64,000 nucleotides of DNA from Candidatus Binatia bacterium (GCA_963664395.2 OY761159.2:4608001-4672000); one strand, 5' to 3'; positions 9,176-20,058 are shown, numbered from the stretch's first letter. The notes: a model not told the origin generated them from the sequence alone. Translations and numbers: made by a program.

Positions 9176-11623
9176 ATGACAGACATCAAAGTTAGTGAAG
9201 GGGAAGAGACGCCTGAACAGAGTGTTGTGGGATTTGAAGAAGACCTGAGTGACGTCGAGCTTCCTAAAGAGCTCCCGATCCTGCCCTTGCGTGGCGTCGT
9301 CATCTTTCCTTCCGCCATCGTCCCCCTCCTGATTTCACGCGCATCCTCTCTCAAGCTGGTTGAAGACTGCAGGAACAGCAATAACATTTTAGGCTTGGCA
9401 GCCCAGAAAAACCCAGAAGATGAAGCCCCTGAACCGCAGGCGCTTTTTTCGCGTGGGAGTGCCGGCCGTATCCTGAAAATTCTTAAATATCCGGACGGCA
9501 GCGTCCGCATTTTGGTCCAAGGGCTGAAGCGGATCGAAATTCGAGAGTACGGACAAACTGACCCCTATTACCGCGCGCAGGTGACGCAACTGGAGAGCGA
9601 AACAGAAGAATCCCAAGATTCAGACGCCCTCCAAGCACACCTCGTCAGTCAATTTGCCAAGTTCGTCTCTCTGGTTCCGTACCTCCCGGATGAACTCCAG
9701 GGCGTAGTCATGAATATCAAAGATCCGGCCAGGGCGACGGATCTGATTGGCTCCAACCTCAATATCTCGGTTGATGAAAAACAAGACCTGTTGAATACCT
9801 TGAGCGTCCGCACTCGGTTAGAAAAGCTGTCAACTATTCTGAACCGTGAAGTCGAACTTGTTGAGCTGGGGAATAAAATCCAGTCGCAGGTCCAAAGCGA
9901 GCTCAATAAAAACCAGAAGGAATTTTATTTACGTCAGCAGATACGGGCGATTCAAAAAGAACTTGGAGAAGGCGACTCTCGCTCCAATGAGCTTGATGAC
10001 TTGCGCCAGAAAATAGACGAAGCCAATATGCCCGAAGAGGCGCTCAAAGCCGCGGATAACGAATTCGAGCGCCTCAAAATCATTCCGCCCGAGTCGGCAG
10101 AACACTCAATGGTGCGGACCTACCTCGAATGGCTCATCCACCTCCCCTGGGCAATCACGACAGACGACAACCTGGATATTCCGCATGCCCGCCAGGTTCT
10201 GGACGAAGACCATTACGACTTAGAGAAGATTAAGGACCGTATCCTCGAATACTTGGCCGTGCGGAAGCTCAAGCAAGACTCGAAGGGACCCATTTTATGT
10301 TTCGTTGGCCCCCCGGGGGTAGGTAAAACATCGCTGGGACGTTCTATTGCTCGGGCCATGGGACGGAAGTTCGTACGCCTCTCACTTGGTGGAGTCAGAG
10401 ACGAAGCGGAAATTCGCGGCCATCGCCGAACGTATATCGGCTCTTTGCCGGGCCGCATTATTCAGTCCCTTCGATCCGCGGGGTCACATAACCCGCTGTT
10501 TATGTTGGACGAGATTGACAAGCTGGGGATGGATTTTCGTGGTGACCCGGCCTCGGCCCTGCTTGAGGTATTAGATACCGAACAAAACTTCGCATTCTCC
10601 GACCATTATCTGGAAGTCCCCTTTGACCTCTCCAAGGTCATGTTTATTACCACAGCCAACTACTTGGAGCCTGTTCCGCCCGCCCTCAAGGATCGTATGG
10701 AGATCATTGAACTGGCAGGCTATACGGAAGAAGAAAAGCTCGAAATTGCCAGGCGCCACATTACACCCAAACAAATCGTTGAGCATGGCTTAACTGAGGA
10801 ACAGATCGAATTTACCGATGAAGCGGTATTGAGTATTGCTAGTGGGTACACACACGAAGCGGGTGTTCGGAACCTGGAGCGAGAGATTGGGGCGGTGTGT
10901 CGCAAAGTCGCACGAGCAGTCACCGAAGGGAACACGGAAAAGACGACGATTACACAGGAGAAAGTCTTAGAGCTGCTAGGGTCGATCAAGTTCTTCTCTG
11001 AGGTGACAGAGCGCATCCAAGAACCTGGGGTCGCTATCGGGCTTGCCTGGACCCCAAATGGGGGAGAGATCTTATTCATTGAGGCGACTCGCATGGCTGG
11101 GAAAAAGGGTCTCACCCTGACAGGCCATCTCGGCGACGTCATGAAAGAGTCGGCCCAAACCGCCCTTTCATACGTCCGCGCCCAAGCCGACCAACTGCAT
11201 ATTCCTGCCGACTTTTATGAAAATTGCGACCTCCATATCCACGTCCCCTCAGGAGCCATTCCCAAAGATGGCCCCTCTGCCGGGATTACCATGGTGACTG
11301 CGCTGGCTTCCCTTCTCACCGGTCGTAGAGTCCGTCAGGATGTTGCCATGACAGGCGAGATTACCCTGCGGGGTAAAGTGATGCCCATTGGCGGTGTCAA
11401 AGAGAAGGTTTTGGCAGCACGGCGAGCCGGCGTAACAACCGTCATCATGCCCAAACGAAATGAAAATGACCTTGAGGATGTCTCGCCCAAGGTACGAGAG
11501 GAAATGCAGTTTCACTTTGTTGAGGTTATCGGCGAAGTGCTTGAGAATGCGCTTGAAGCAGCCACAGTTGACGTCACAGCCACACAGACGGGATTTCAGC
11601 ACGGAGCCCCCCCATCAGGGTAG
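9176..11623 (+). CDS. lon: ATP-dependent Lon protease
   Basis: Lon N-domain, Walker [16 protein letters not shown], catalytic [15 protein letters not shown]. Confidence 0.97.
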   Translation: MTDIKVSEGEETPEQSVVGFEEDLSDVELPKELPILPLRGVVIFPSAIVPLLISRASSLKLVEDCRNSNNILGLAAQKNPEDEAPEPQALFSRGSAGRILKILKYPDGSVRILVQGLKRIEIREYGQTDPYYRAQVTQLESETEESQDSDALQAHLVSQFAKFVSLVPYLPDELQGVVMNIKDPARATDLIGSNLNISVDEKQDLLNTLSVRTRLEKLSTILNREVELVELGNKIQSQVQSELNKNQKEFYLRQQIRAIQKELGEGDSRSNELDDLRQKIDEANMPEEALKAADNEFERLKIIPPESAEHSMVRTYLEWLIHLPWAITTDDNLDIPHARQVLDEDHYDLEKIKDRILEYLAVRKLKQDSKGPILCFVGPPGVGKTSLGRSIARAMGRKFVRLSLGGVRDEAEIRGHRRTYIGSLPGRIIQSLRSAGSHNPLFMLDEIDKLGMDFRGDPASALLEVLDTEQNFAFSDHYLEVPFDLSKVMFITTANYLEPVPPALKDRMEIIELAGYTEEEKLEIARRHITPKQIVEHGLTEEQIEFTDEAVLSIASGYTHEAGVRNLEREIGAVCRKVARAVTEGNTEKTTITQEKVLELLGSIKFFSEVTERIQEPGVAIGLAWTPNGGEILFIEATRMAGKKGLTLTGHLGDVMKESAQTALSYVRAQADQLHIPADFYENCDLHIHVPSGAIPKDGPSAGITMVTALASLLTGRRVRQDVAMTGEITLRGKVMPIGGVKEKVLAARRAGVTTVIMPKRNENDLEDVSPKVREEMQFHFVEVIGEVLENALEAATVDVTATQTGFQHGAPPSG

Positions 11624-11760
11624 GCGTGACCATCACGCTGGGGCTCAAGAGCAGCGTCACGTTCGCCCTGCTCTTGGTTCTCCTGTCTCTCTTGTCCGCT
11701 TTGCCCTCCCTCTCAGCAGTCAGGTATGGTGCATCAGCCTGAAACTCAAATAGAACTCAA

Positions 11761-12948
11761 ATGGAACTCAAAACGATTGATCAGCTGCCTCTGGCACACA
11801 AACGTGTTCTGATCCGCGTTGATTTTAACGTGCCGCTTACCTCGGAACAAAAAGTGGGCGACGCGACGCGGATACGGGAAGCGCTGCCCACCATACGGCA
11901 CGCCCTCGCTCAGGGTGCGATCATCCTTCTTGCGTCTCACCTGGGGCGACCCAAGGGAACGGTCACACCGGCGCTCAGCCTCAAACCGGTAGCAGCGCTG
12001 CTCCAAGAGCTTCTGGGTTGTCCGGTTAGCCTGACTCCGGATTGTGTGGGACCAGCGGTTCAGCGGCAGGTGAACCAGCTTACGGCTGGGGCAGTCATCG
12101 TTCTTGAAAATCTTCGTTTCCATTCCGCAGAAGAAGCAAATGACCCGGCGTTCAGTCGGGCGCTTGCCGCCTTGGCCGACATCTATGTGAATGATGCCTT
12201 TGGCTCGTCACACCGTTCTCATGCCTCAGTTGTGGGCGTTGTGCGGCATTTCGAGGACAAAGGGGTTGGGTTTCTGATGCGCAGAGAGGTTGACGCCCTG
12301 TCGTCCCTTTTGTCCGCACCGGAACACCCTTTTGTCGCCATACTTGGTGGCGCGAAAGTGTCGGACAAAATCGGACTGATTAAGAGCCTTCTTTCACGAG
12401 CCGACGACATCATTATCGGTGGAGCCATGGCCTATACCCTCTTGCAGGCACAAGGGATCAAAATAGGCCGTTCATTGATCGAGCCGGAAAAAATCAACGA
12501 AGCCAAAAACGTGCTGCAACAGGCTCAGGAGCAAGGAGTCAGGATTCATCTCCCACAAGATCATGTTGTTACGGCGGAACTGACATCAGACTCTCCTTCT
12601 ACAACTACTACGGGAGCAGATATTCCGGATGATCATCTCGGAGTAGACATCGGACCACACAGCATTGCCGCGTTTCGGGCAGTTGTGCAGTCTGCCAGGA
12701 CCGTCCTCTGGAACGGTCCAATGGGCGTTTTTGAAATATCTCCATATGACCGGGGGACCCGGTCTGTTGCGGAAGCTGTCGCCTCCCTCTCAGCCTGTTT
12801 TAGCGTTGCCGGAGGGGGGGATACGGTTGCGGCATTGAATCAAGCCGGCCTTGCCGGTCAGATCAGTCATATATCAACTGGAGGCGGGGCTTCCTTGGAA
12901 TTTCTCGAATCAGGAGATTTACCCGGCCTCGCTGCCTTACGCCCGTAG
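11761..12948 (+). CDS. pgk: Phosphoglycerate kinase
   Basis: RVDFNVPL, SHLGRPKG, LENLRF, GGAKVSDK, WNGPMG, STGGGASLE. Confidence 0.97.
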   Translation: MELKTIDQLPLAHKRVLIRVDFNVPLTSEQKVGDATRIREALPTIRHALAQGAIILLASHLGRPKGTVTPALSLKPVAALLQELLGCPVSLTPDCVGPAVQRQVNQLTAGAVIVLENLRFHSAEEANDPAFSRALAALADIYVNDAFGSSHRSHASVVGVVRHFEDKGVGFLMRREVDALSSLLSAPEHPFVAILGGAKVSDKIGLIKSLLSRADDIIIGGAMAYTLLQAQGIKIGRSLIEPEKINEAKNVLQQAQEQGVRIHLPQDHVVTAELTSDSPSTTTTGADIPDDHLGVDIGPHSIAAFRAVVQSARTVLWNGPMGVFEISPYDRGTRSVAEAVASLSACFSVAGGGDTVAALNQAGLAGQISHISTGGGASLEFLESGDLPGLAALRP

Positions 12949-13084
12949 GAAACTGAGTGGTATAGCGTTTCCGGCAATGCCACATTCGAGCTTGTCGGAA
13001 TACCGCTTTTCTGTTAGAGAAAGGCATCTCCAGTCGGAGGAGTTTTTTTTGTACAAACCCAAAAGAAAGAAAGGAGATCAGGAG

Positions 13085-13756
13085 ATGATTCGAGGAGGTA
13101 GAGGCTTTCATTTTGTCGGGGTTATTGCTCTCCTCTTTCTGGTTGCAGGCTGCGCAACGGAAAGACAGAAGCGTGCATTCTACGGTGCCACACTCGGTGC
13201 CGGTATTGGAGCCGCGGCCGGTACGGGGATAAGTGATGATGACAATGAAGCGGCGATTGGTGTTGGGGCAGGAGTTGGGGCACTTGTCGGTGCGGTCTTA
13301 GGCTATTACTCGGCGGATGATCCGCCGCCACCACCGCCACCGCCACCACCACCACCACCACCACCACCGCCACCACCGCCACCACCGCCACCGCCGGAAC
13401 CGAAGGTCATTATCCTGCGCGGGATTAACTTCGACTTTGACGAGTCGGATGTGAAGCTTGAGTTCGAGCCTGTCCTCGATGAAGCGGCTCAGATTCTTCA
13501 GGACAATCAGGATTGCATGGTCCTCATCGAAGGGCACACCGACTCGATGGGCTCTGAGTCCTATAACCAGGGCTTATCAGAAAATCGTGCCGCAGCGGTA
13601 AAGGCATACTTGGTCGGCAAAGGCATAGGCGCGGACCGTCTCGAAACCGTCGGGCGTGGGGAAAACGACCCGGTCGCCCCCAACACGAACGACAACGGGA
13701 CGGACAACGCTGAAGGCCGGGGCATGAACCGACGAGCTGAACTTATCGTTCAATAA
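13085..13756 (+). CDS. OmpA-family lipoprotein with glycine zipper and polyproline linker
   Basis: GGAG RBS, lipobox VAGC, Gly-zipper GAGIGAAAG, 25 consecutive Pro, OmpA C-domain (INFDFD, IEGHTD, NQGLSENRA, NRRAE). Confidence 0.92.
   Translation: MIRGGRGFHFVGVIALLFLVAGCATERQKRAFYGATLGAGIGAAAGTGISDDDNEAAIGVGAGVGALVGAVLGYYSADDPPPPPPPPPPPPPPPPPPPPPPPPPEPKVIILRGINFDFDESDVKLEFEPVLDEAAQILQDNQDCMVLIEGHTDSMGSESYNQGLSENRAAAVKAYLVGKGIGADRLETVGRGENDPVAPNTNDNGTDNAEGRGMNRRAELIVQ
13322..13396 (+). repeat. (CCR)25 microsatellite encoding polyproline
   Basis: 75 nt of ccg/cca codons. Confidence 0.95.
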
Positions 13757-13808
13757 GCCACCCTGAACAGGATGAGATACGCCTGCGTGTCCATCCATAA
13801 TCGGCAAG

Positions 13809-13854
13809 AAAAGGGCGGGAGCTTGGTGAGAGAAAATCAGAGCCCCGCCCTTTT
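13809..13854 (+). terminator. Intrinsic terminator-like hairpin downstream of the ompA-like gene
   Basis: aaaagggcggg...cccgcccttttc inverted repeat with A/T tails on both sides. Confidence 0.65.
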
Positions 13855-13871
13855 CGCGTCTCACATGTAGG

Positions 13872-14417
13872 ATGCTACTCAAGTACTTTTTCCATACCTG
13901 CGCTCCCGGACTGCCTGTGTTTTTTTTCTGCTGCCTCGCGACAGCCGGGGAGACTCGCCCTGCGCCGACTCATACGCTAGAGAGCGAACATGCGCAAAAC
14001 CAGGCGCAGGCCCTCACTGACCCCTCAGCCGAGGACAAGCAGGACAAGCAGGACAAGCAGGACAAGCAGGAAGAGGAAGAAGATCACGCACGAGAGAGCT
14101 TCGAGCTCTTTACCCGCAAATGGATGCAGAAACTGGTAAAGACCGAAGATTTTCAGAAAAAAAAGATGATGAAAATCATACGAGCAGGAGAAGGGTTTGT
14201 TGCCGAATATACCGGATATCTTCCCCATCGCTACACCGTGGTCAAACTGACCAAATCAAAGCTTACACCCTTTGTCGGCATCCTTACCTATTACAAAAAG
14301 AAAATGCGGAGTGTGGGTAAAACAAAAGGGCAAGCCATCAACGGCCTCTTTGAGCAGGCAGAGACCAGCCAAGTCTCTGAGATCTTTCGCTACACGAAAG
14401 GGAAATGGGTGTACTAA
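13872..14417 (+). CDS. Hypothetical secreted protein
   Basis: 181-aa ORF with a signal-like N-terminus, DKQ x4 repeat and a C-terminal EIFRYTKGKWVY. Confidence 0.7.
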   Translation: MLLKYFFHTCAPGLPVFFFCCLATAGETRPAPTHTLESEHAQNQAQALTDPSAEDKQDKQDKQDKQEEEEDHARESFELFTRKWMQKLVKTEDFQKKKMMKIIRAGEGFVAEYTGYLPHRYTVVKLTKSKLTPFVGILTYYKKKMRSVGKTKGQAINGLFEQAETSQVSEIFRYTKGKWVY

Positions 14418-14553
14418 TCTGACCCTCTCCACTCTCAACGCCGGGCTCTCGCACCGACGCTCCTTTCTCCCTCTTCCTTTTCCGGTCCAGGCTCCCCTTG
14501 CAAACAGGGCCGGCGTTCGCAACCATGAATATATGGGTATACGGCGTCAACCG

Positions 14554-15987
14554 ATGAGATTTTTTTCCAGGTTCGTTTGTTTCCTTACCTGTTTATTCCC
14601 CCTCTTGGTTGGCCTTCAATACGGCTATGCACAACCACTCGACGGCTATGCACAACCACTCGACGGCTATGCACAACCACTCGAAAAGAGCGGCTGGCAG
14701 GTTACCCACAACGTGCTCAACAACGGACTGACGGTCCTCATATTGGAAGATCATCGTGCTCCGGTTGCCACCCTGCAGGTCTGGTACAAGGTCGGCTCGC
14801 GCAATGAGCGGCCGGGCATTACCGGCATTTCTCATCTGCTTGAGCACTTGATGTTCAGAGGAACGCCGACCTACGGCAAAGGGGAATTTTCTCGTTTGGT
14901 TCAGGAACGTGGCGGACGGCTCAATGCGTTCACCTCTACCGACCAGACCGTCTATTTTGAAAGCGCGGCGGTTCAGCACCTTGACCTCTTTCTTGAACTC
15001 GAAGCGGACCGCATGGCCCATGTCATGCTGGATGAAGAAGGCTTTCTGTCGGAGCAGAAAATTGTCATGGAAGAGCGCCGGCTCAGGACTGCGGATGAGC
15101 CAAGCTCCGACCTATGGGAGCAGGTCAGTGCCGCCGCGTTTACCGCTCATCCCTACGGCTGGCCCGTTGTCGGCTGGATGCACGACCTGGAGGCGGTCAC
15201 CCTCGCAGCTGTCAAAGCCTATCGTCAGACCTATTACGCTCCCGGCAATGCCATCCTGGTAATCGCCGGGGACGTGACCCCAGAGACCCTCCTGCCCCGC
15301 ATCCGCCAGACGTTTGGCCAGGTTCCGGCCGGGCCGGCGATTCCCGAGGTCACCTCAGTGGAACCTCTACAGCGGGGCGAACGGCGCGTTTTTCTCAAGC
15401 GCCCGGCATCGCTACCGCTGTATATTGCCGGCTACCACGTTCCGACGCTCGCACATGACGAGAGTTTTGCGCTCTCCATTGCGGCCACTATTCTGGGCGG
15501 CGGTCGGAGCGCCCGCTTGCAACGCTCGCTGGTTGAAGACCAGCAGATTGCCCTGAGCGCGAACGCCGGGTATGACCGGACCTCACTCGATCCCACACTC
15601 TTTACCTTGTCCATGCGGATCGCTCTGGGGAAAACCTGGCAGGCCGCGGAACAGGCATTGTCTGAGGAGATTGCCCGGCTCAAGACCGCACTGGTGACGG
15701 AAAAAGAGCTGGAGCGGGCCAAGAATCTGATTGAGTCGAGTTTTATCTATGCCCAGGACTCGTTCTTCTATCGCGCCCTGCAACTCGGGCAGTACGCCGC
15801 TCTTGGCGACTGGAGCCTCATCCTCAAAGTCATTCCTGGCCTCAGGGCCGTCACAGCGGAACAGGTCCGACAGGTGGCCCAAAAATATCTGATCGATACG
15901 AATCGAACCGTCGGCATCCTGGAACCTGATGGCACACCCATTCGGGAAGTACCCCAGGGAGACCCAGGGCGCCGGGGTGCGCATTAA
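14554..15987 (+). CDS. M16 (pitrilysin) family zinc metallopeptidase, catalytic subunit
   Basis: Signal peptide, VWYKVGSRNE, inverted zinc motif HLLEH, NAFTS.D.T.Y, ELEADRM, V.EERR. Confidence 0.93.
   Translation: MRFFSRFVCFLTCLFPLLVGLQYGYAQPLDGYAQPLDGYAQPLEKSGWQVTHNVLNNGLTVLILEDHRAPVATLQVWYKVGSRNERPGITGISHLLEHLMFRGTPTYGKGEFSRLVQERGGRLNAFTSTDQTVYFESAAVQHLDLFLELEADRMAHVMLDEEGFLSEQKIVMEERRLRTADEPSSDLWEQVSAAAFTAHPYGWPVVGWMHDLEAVTLAAVKAYRQTYYAPGNAILVIAGDVTPETLLPRIRQTFGQVPAGPAIPEVTSVEPLQRGERRVFLKRPASLPLYIAGYHVPTLAHDESFALSIAATILGGGRSARLQRSLVEDQQIALSANAGYDRTSLDPTLFTLSMRIALGKTWQAAEQALSEEIARLKTALVTEKELERAKNLIESSFIYAQDSFFYRALQLGQYAALGDWSLILKVIPGLRAVTAEQVRQVAQKYLIDTNRTVGILEPDGTPIREVPQGDPGRRGAH
14621..14683 (+). 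repeat. Perfect 21-bp tandem repeat x3 (acggctatgcacaaccactcg)
   Basis: Read directly; encodes GYAQPLD repeats at the signal-peptide cleavage region. Confidence 0.95.
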
Positions 15988-16040
15988 CCAATCCGTTCCT
16001 GCTCGCTCCGACCCTTCCTAGCGCGTGAAGGAAGCATGCT

Positions 16041-17444
16041 ATGACACGACGCCTTCTTATCGGCCTTATTCTCAGCCTCGGTTTTGCGCCGTCTCTCTCA
16101 GCCGCACCGCTGGGCATCCGGACCGTGCTCGATAACGACGCAACGCTGCTCGTTGCCGAGCGCCCCGGTCTGCCCATGGTCGTGATGAGCATGATCCTCA
16201 AAACCGGCGCCGCGGTTGACCCGCAGGGTAAACAGGGACTGGCAAATCTCACCGCCGAGTTACTCACGCGCGGGACCAAGAATTACTCCGCCCAGGCGCT
16301 GGCCGAAGAACTCGACTTCCTAGGGACGTCATTATCGGTTGAAGCCGGTAACGATGCCACGACCATCGGCCTGACGACCTTGACCAAGAATCTGGACCGG
16401 TCTTTCGCCCTCTTGGCCGAAGTCGTCCTGTCCCCAACCTTCCCCCAGGACGAATTCGAGCGCATCCGCAAGGAGATTGAGGGCCGTCTGCACAGCAACC
16501 GGGAAGACCCCGGCTGGGTCGCCGGCAAAGCCTTCAAAGAGCATCTCTACCCTCAGCATCCCTACGGACGGTTGATCTCGGGCCAGGCAGAGACGCTGGC
16601 GCGCATTACGCCTGCTGATATCAGGCAGTTCCACGCCACCTATTATCGTCCCAATAACGCCATCATCGCCGTTGCCGGAGAAATCACCCAGGACCAGATC
16701 GGCTCCCTCCTCGCTGCTCATTTTGCCGACTGGCAAGCGGCCGACCTGCCCGATTTCTCGTGGCCGGACCCACCCGAGCGAGCGGCCCAACAGGTCAACC
16801 TGAATAAAGAAGTCACCCAGGCCAACATCATGATCGGCCATTCGGGCATCGCCCGCTCGCACCCTGATTATTACGCCGTTCTGATCATGAATCACATTCT
16901 CGGGGGCGGGGGATTTGGCTCGCGACTCATGGATCGCATTCGAGAAGAGCAAGGCTATGCCTACTCTATCGGCAGCTATTTCTCCGCTCGTAAACATCCG
17001 GGCCCTTTCACGGTTGCGTTGCAAACCAAGAATGAAAGCGCCCAACAAGCCATTGATGAAACCCTGGCCGTTATTCGGCACTTCAGGGAAGAAGGGGCAA
17101 CCGAAGAGGAACTCGAAGCGGCAAAAGCCTATCTCGTCAACAGCTTCCCGCTCCGGCTCATTTCCAACGCGGATGTCGCCGGAATGCTCCCGGTGCTCGA
17201 GTTCTATGAACTGGGACTCGATTACCCGGACCGCTACCCAGGCATTATTGGGGCGGTGACGCTTGAGCAGGTGAGAGCGGCGGCAAAGAACCACCTCCAC
17301 CCGGATCAATTCGTTCAGGTCGTGGTCGCCGATCTGGAAAAGGCTGGCCTGGAACGGGCCGAGACTAGCGCCGATGTGTCCGGTGGGAACACGGAACACA
17401 CGGCAACGGAAGAGCCAAACCCCGCCGCGACAATGGCGGAGTGA
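16041..17444 (+). CDS. M16 family peptidase, non-catalytic partner subunit
   Basis: GLANLTAELLTRGT (no HXXEH), LGGGGFGSRLMDRIREEQGYAYS, signal peptide. Confidence 0.92.
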   Translation: MTRRLLIGLILSLGFAPSLSAAPLGIRTVLDNDATLLVAERPGLPMVVMSMILKTGAAVDPQGKQGLANLTAELLTRGTKNYSAQALAEELDFLGTSLSVEAGNDATTIGLTTLTKNLDRSFALLAEVVLSPTFPQDEFERIRKEIEGRLHSNREDPGWVAGKAFKEHLYPQHPYGRLISGQAETLARITPADIRQFHATYYRPNNAIIAVAGEITQDQIGSLLAAHFADWQAADLPDFSWPDPPERAAQQVNLNKEVTQANIMIGHSGIARSHPDYYAVLIMNHILGGGGFGSRLMDRIREEQGYAYSIGSYFSARKHPGPFTVALQTKNESAQQAIDETLAVIRHFREEGATEEELEAAKAYLVNSFPLRLISNADVAGMLPVLEFYELGLDYPDRYPGIIGAVTLEQVRAAAKNHLHPDQFVQVVVADLEKAGLERAETSADVSGGNTEHTATEEPNPAATMAE

Positions 17445-17474
17445 GGCGCCGCCATATATGTGGAGTGAGCGTTT

Positions 17475-18467
17475 ATGCTTCTCCCCGGCAAACTCCCAGC
17501 TGATTTCCTCAAAACCTGCATCACACATGCGGGGACGGAAGACCCGCGTGTTCTCATCGGCCCACGTTTTGGCGAGGACTGCGCCGTTATCGATATTGGC
17601 GCTCAGTATCTTGTTGTCAAAACCGACCCGGTGACATTCACAGCGGCAGATGTGGGTTGGTACGCCGTGCATATCAATGCCAACGATGTTGCGACCATGG
17701 GCGCACAGCCGGCCTGGTTTCAAACCTGTCTCCTGTTTCCGCCTGATACTCCAGAAGAAAGCGTCAGACAGGTCTTTGCCCAGATTGACTCTACCTGTCG
17801 AGATCTGGGCATTACTGTCACCGGTGGGCACACGGAAGTGACCGCGTCAGTCACTCAGCCAGTCGTGGTCGGCAATATGACAGGCGTGGTCGCCAAAGAC
17901 CGATTAGTGACCACACAGGGAGTCCGGGCCGGAGACTTGGTCGTAATGACCAAGACAGCCGGTCTTGAGGGGACCAGCATTGTGTTCACCGAGAAGCGCA
18001 AAGAACTGGAGGACATTCTTGTACCGGAGCTTCAGGACGAGGCGCAGAATATCCGCACAACATGGGGAATCTCCATTGTCAAAGAAGCCCTGTTAGCCGC
18101 ACAATACGGCGCTACAGCCATGCACGACCCCACAGAAGGCGGCGTGGCCATGGGCCTGTACGAGCTGACCGCGGTCAGCGACCTCGGCATGCAGCTCGAC
18201 CTCGACGCCATTCCCACCCTGCCCTCCACCCGAGCCATATGTGAGCACTTCAGTATCAATCCACTCGGATTGATTAGTTCCGGCACCCTGCTCCTGACCA
18301 TTGCTGCTGACAATTGGCCGAGTCTTGAAAATATTTTTCAGTTAGCAAACATTCCCGCTCAGGTCATTGGGAGCGTCACGCCGGAGACCGGCATTCAGGC
18401 CCGGCGGAACGGCCAGGAGGTGCGGTTTGTCTATAGTGAAAGGGATGAGCTGCTGAAGGTTCTTTGA
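17475..18467 (+). CDS. AIR synthase-related (PurM/HypE-like) protein
   Basis: GEDCAV, KTDP, NANDVATMGA, GGHTE, MHDPTEGG motifs. Confidence 0.85.
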   Translation: MLLPGKLPADFLKTCITHAGTEDPRVLIGPRFGEDCAVIDIGAQYLVVKTDPVTFTAADVGWYAVHINANDVATMGAQPAWFQTCLLFPPDTPEESVRQVFAQIDSTCRDLGITVTGGHTEVTASVTQPVVVGNMTGVVAKDRLVTTQGVRAGDLVVMTKTAGLEGTSIVFTEKRKELEDILVPELQDEAQNIRTTWGISIVKEALLAAQYGATAMHDPTEGGVAMGLYELTAVSDLGMQLDLDAIPTLPSTRAICEHFSINPLGLISSGTLLLTIAADNWPSLENIFQLANIPAQVIGSVTPETGIQARRNGQEVRFVYSERDELLKVL

Positions 18468-18482
18468 GAAAAGAGCCCTTAA

Positions 18483-18659
18483 AGGAAAGGGGAGAGAGAA
18501 TGTAAATATTGGCTCGATCGGGAGCGCTTTGATGTGGAAGAAGTCTATGCTTATAATCTTTCTCCCCGAGACCGCCGAGATATCAAGAAGATCATCTTTG
18601 ACCATTTCGAATACATTGAACAGCGATGGGAAAAGTTTCAACGGAGTCGCCAACCATGA
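18483..18659 (+). pseudogene. 5'-truncated DUF4160 (DhiT-like toxin) remnant
   Basis: Frame reads RKGERECKYWLDRERFDVEEVYAYNLSPRDRRDIKKIIFDHFEYIEQRWEKFQRSRQP*. In-frame TAA at 18480 and no start codon. Its TGA overlaps the ATG of the DUF2442 gene (ATGA). Confidence 0.7.
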
Positions 18660-18913
18660 AGCAATATCATGCTGTGGGAGATGTGCATTTCGAGGACAAT
18701 ATTTTGCATGTCACCATCGATGGGCAGGCCAGGATGTTCAACATACCCGAGATATCTCAAGTCCTCCTCAATGCTCCAGAGAAGGACCGCCAGATTTTTG
18801 AGATTTCCCCATCGGGGTATGGGATTCATTGGCCGTTACTCGATGAAGACTTATCGATAGATGGGCTGCTTGGCGTTATGCATACGCCCTCAAAGAAAAG
18901 GCGGAGCGCCTAA
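18656..18913 (+). CDS. DUF2442 domain protein (putative antitoxin)
   Basis: FEISPSGYGIHWPLLDEDLSIDGLL signature. Confidence 0.85.
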   Translation: MKQYHAVGDVHFEDNILHVTIDGQARMFNIPEISQVLLNAPEKDRQIFEISPSGYGIHWPLLDEDLSIDGLLGVMHTPSKKRRSA

Positions 18914-18977
18914 TCAAACCTGGCCGTACAAAAACCAGCAGTCTCACCCAGATAGAATTGCAACCAAGGAGGTAGGA

Positions 18978-20033
18978 ATGGACTACGGAGTGATTTTTCT
19001 TTCCCATGTTGAGGCCTATAAAGACGTCATGATTGCCGAGGACAAGGGCTATACCCATGCCTGGTTCGGAGACTCCCAGATGGTCTGGAGCGATGTCTAC
19101 CAGTGCATGGCGCTGAGTGCGACCCATACAAAGACGATCAAACTCGGCACCAACGTGACCAACCCCAGTTCGCGCATTGCCCCGGTGACGGCCTGTAGCT
19201 TCGGCACCCTGAATGTGCTCGCTCCGGGCCGGGTCATCATGGGTATCGGGACGGGCAATACCGCCCGGCGGACGCTCGGCATGCCGGCGGCCCGGTTGGC
19301 AGACCTGCGGGCCAATGTGGAGGTGTGTCGCGGCTTGCTGAAAGGAGAGACCGTTCCGTATCAAGAAGGCGAGCGCAAGCGCCAGATCAGGTTCCTCAAC
19401 CCCAACAGCCAGTTCGTCAATCTGAAAAATCCCATCCCGATTCACGTGGCCGGCAGCGGCCCCAAGACGCTGGAGTTGGCCGGGGAAATCGGAGACGGCG
19501 TGATCCTCTTCGGTACGGTTGGTGACAGCCTGCTCAAATATACACTGGACCATATTCGACGCGGAGCCGAACGCGCCGGCAAGCGCCTGGAAGACCTCTA
19601 TGTCACGGTGGTGACGGCCTTCCATCTGAGAAAACCCGGAGAGACCCTGGAAGACCTTCAACAGGCGGTCGGCCCGCTGGTTTCTTCGGAGTGCAATATT
19701 TTCGCCCTGTCGGTGAAGGACCCCTTTCAGTTGCCGGGAGACATCCGGGATGACCTCATGGCCTTTAAGGACGCCTATCGTACCCCAAACGCCCCGATCG
19801 AGACCCGTCATCTGGACCTCTACACGGACTATTGCGCCGCGTTTAAGCCGGAACACGCACCGTTGGTCACTGAAAAGATGATTAAGGAGACCACGCTGAC
19901 CGGCACGCCCGAGGAGCTTCGGGAACGGGTGCGGAAGATGAAGGAGTTGGGCGTCAGCCAGGTCTGCATAACCGGCGGAGAGGCAGAGATGGACGACTTC
20001 GCCACCCACGTCATACAGCAAGTTGAGGGGTAG
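18978..20033 (+). CDS. LLM class flavin-dependent oxidoreductase
   Basis: AAGGAGG RBS; AEDKGYTHAWFGDSQM, TIKLGTNVTNP, APGRVIMGIGTG, AGSGPKTLELAGEIGDG. Confidence 0.92.
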   Translation: MDYGVIFLSHVEAYKDVMIAEDKGYTHAWFGDSQMVWSDVYQCMALSATHTKTIKLGTNVTNPSSRIAPVTACSFGTLNVLAPGRVIMGIGTGNTARRTLGMPAARLADLRANVEVCRGLLKGETVPYQEGERKRQIRFLNPNSQFVNLKNPIPIHVAGSGPKTLELAGEIGDGVILFGTVGDSLLKYTLDHIRRGAERAGKRLEDLYVTVVTAFHLRKPGETLEDLQQAVGPLVSSECNIFALSVKDPFQLPGDIRDDLMAFKDAYRTPNAPIETRHLDLYTDYCAAFKPEHAPLVTEKMIKETTLTGTPEELRERVRKMKELGVSQVCITGGEAEMDDFATHVIQQVEG

Positions 20034-20058
20034 CTTGGAGGGGCGTGATCTGACTCAA

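Noticed and set aside
14621-14683. Possible mini-CRISPR from repeated 21-mers
   Set aside because: The repeats abut with no spacers, are in frame within a CDS, and there are no cas genes.
16332-17831. 499-aa antisense ORF, and similar long shadow ORFs such as 18876-20021 and 38135-39028
   Set aside because: They lie opposite well-supported genes, show no motifs, and are expected from GC-rich codon bias.
17475-18467. HypE hydrogenase maturation gene
   Set aside because: It lacks the C-terminal PRIC motif and has no hyp or hydrogenase neighbours; it is called only as AIR-synthase-related.
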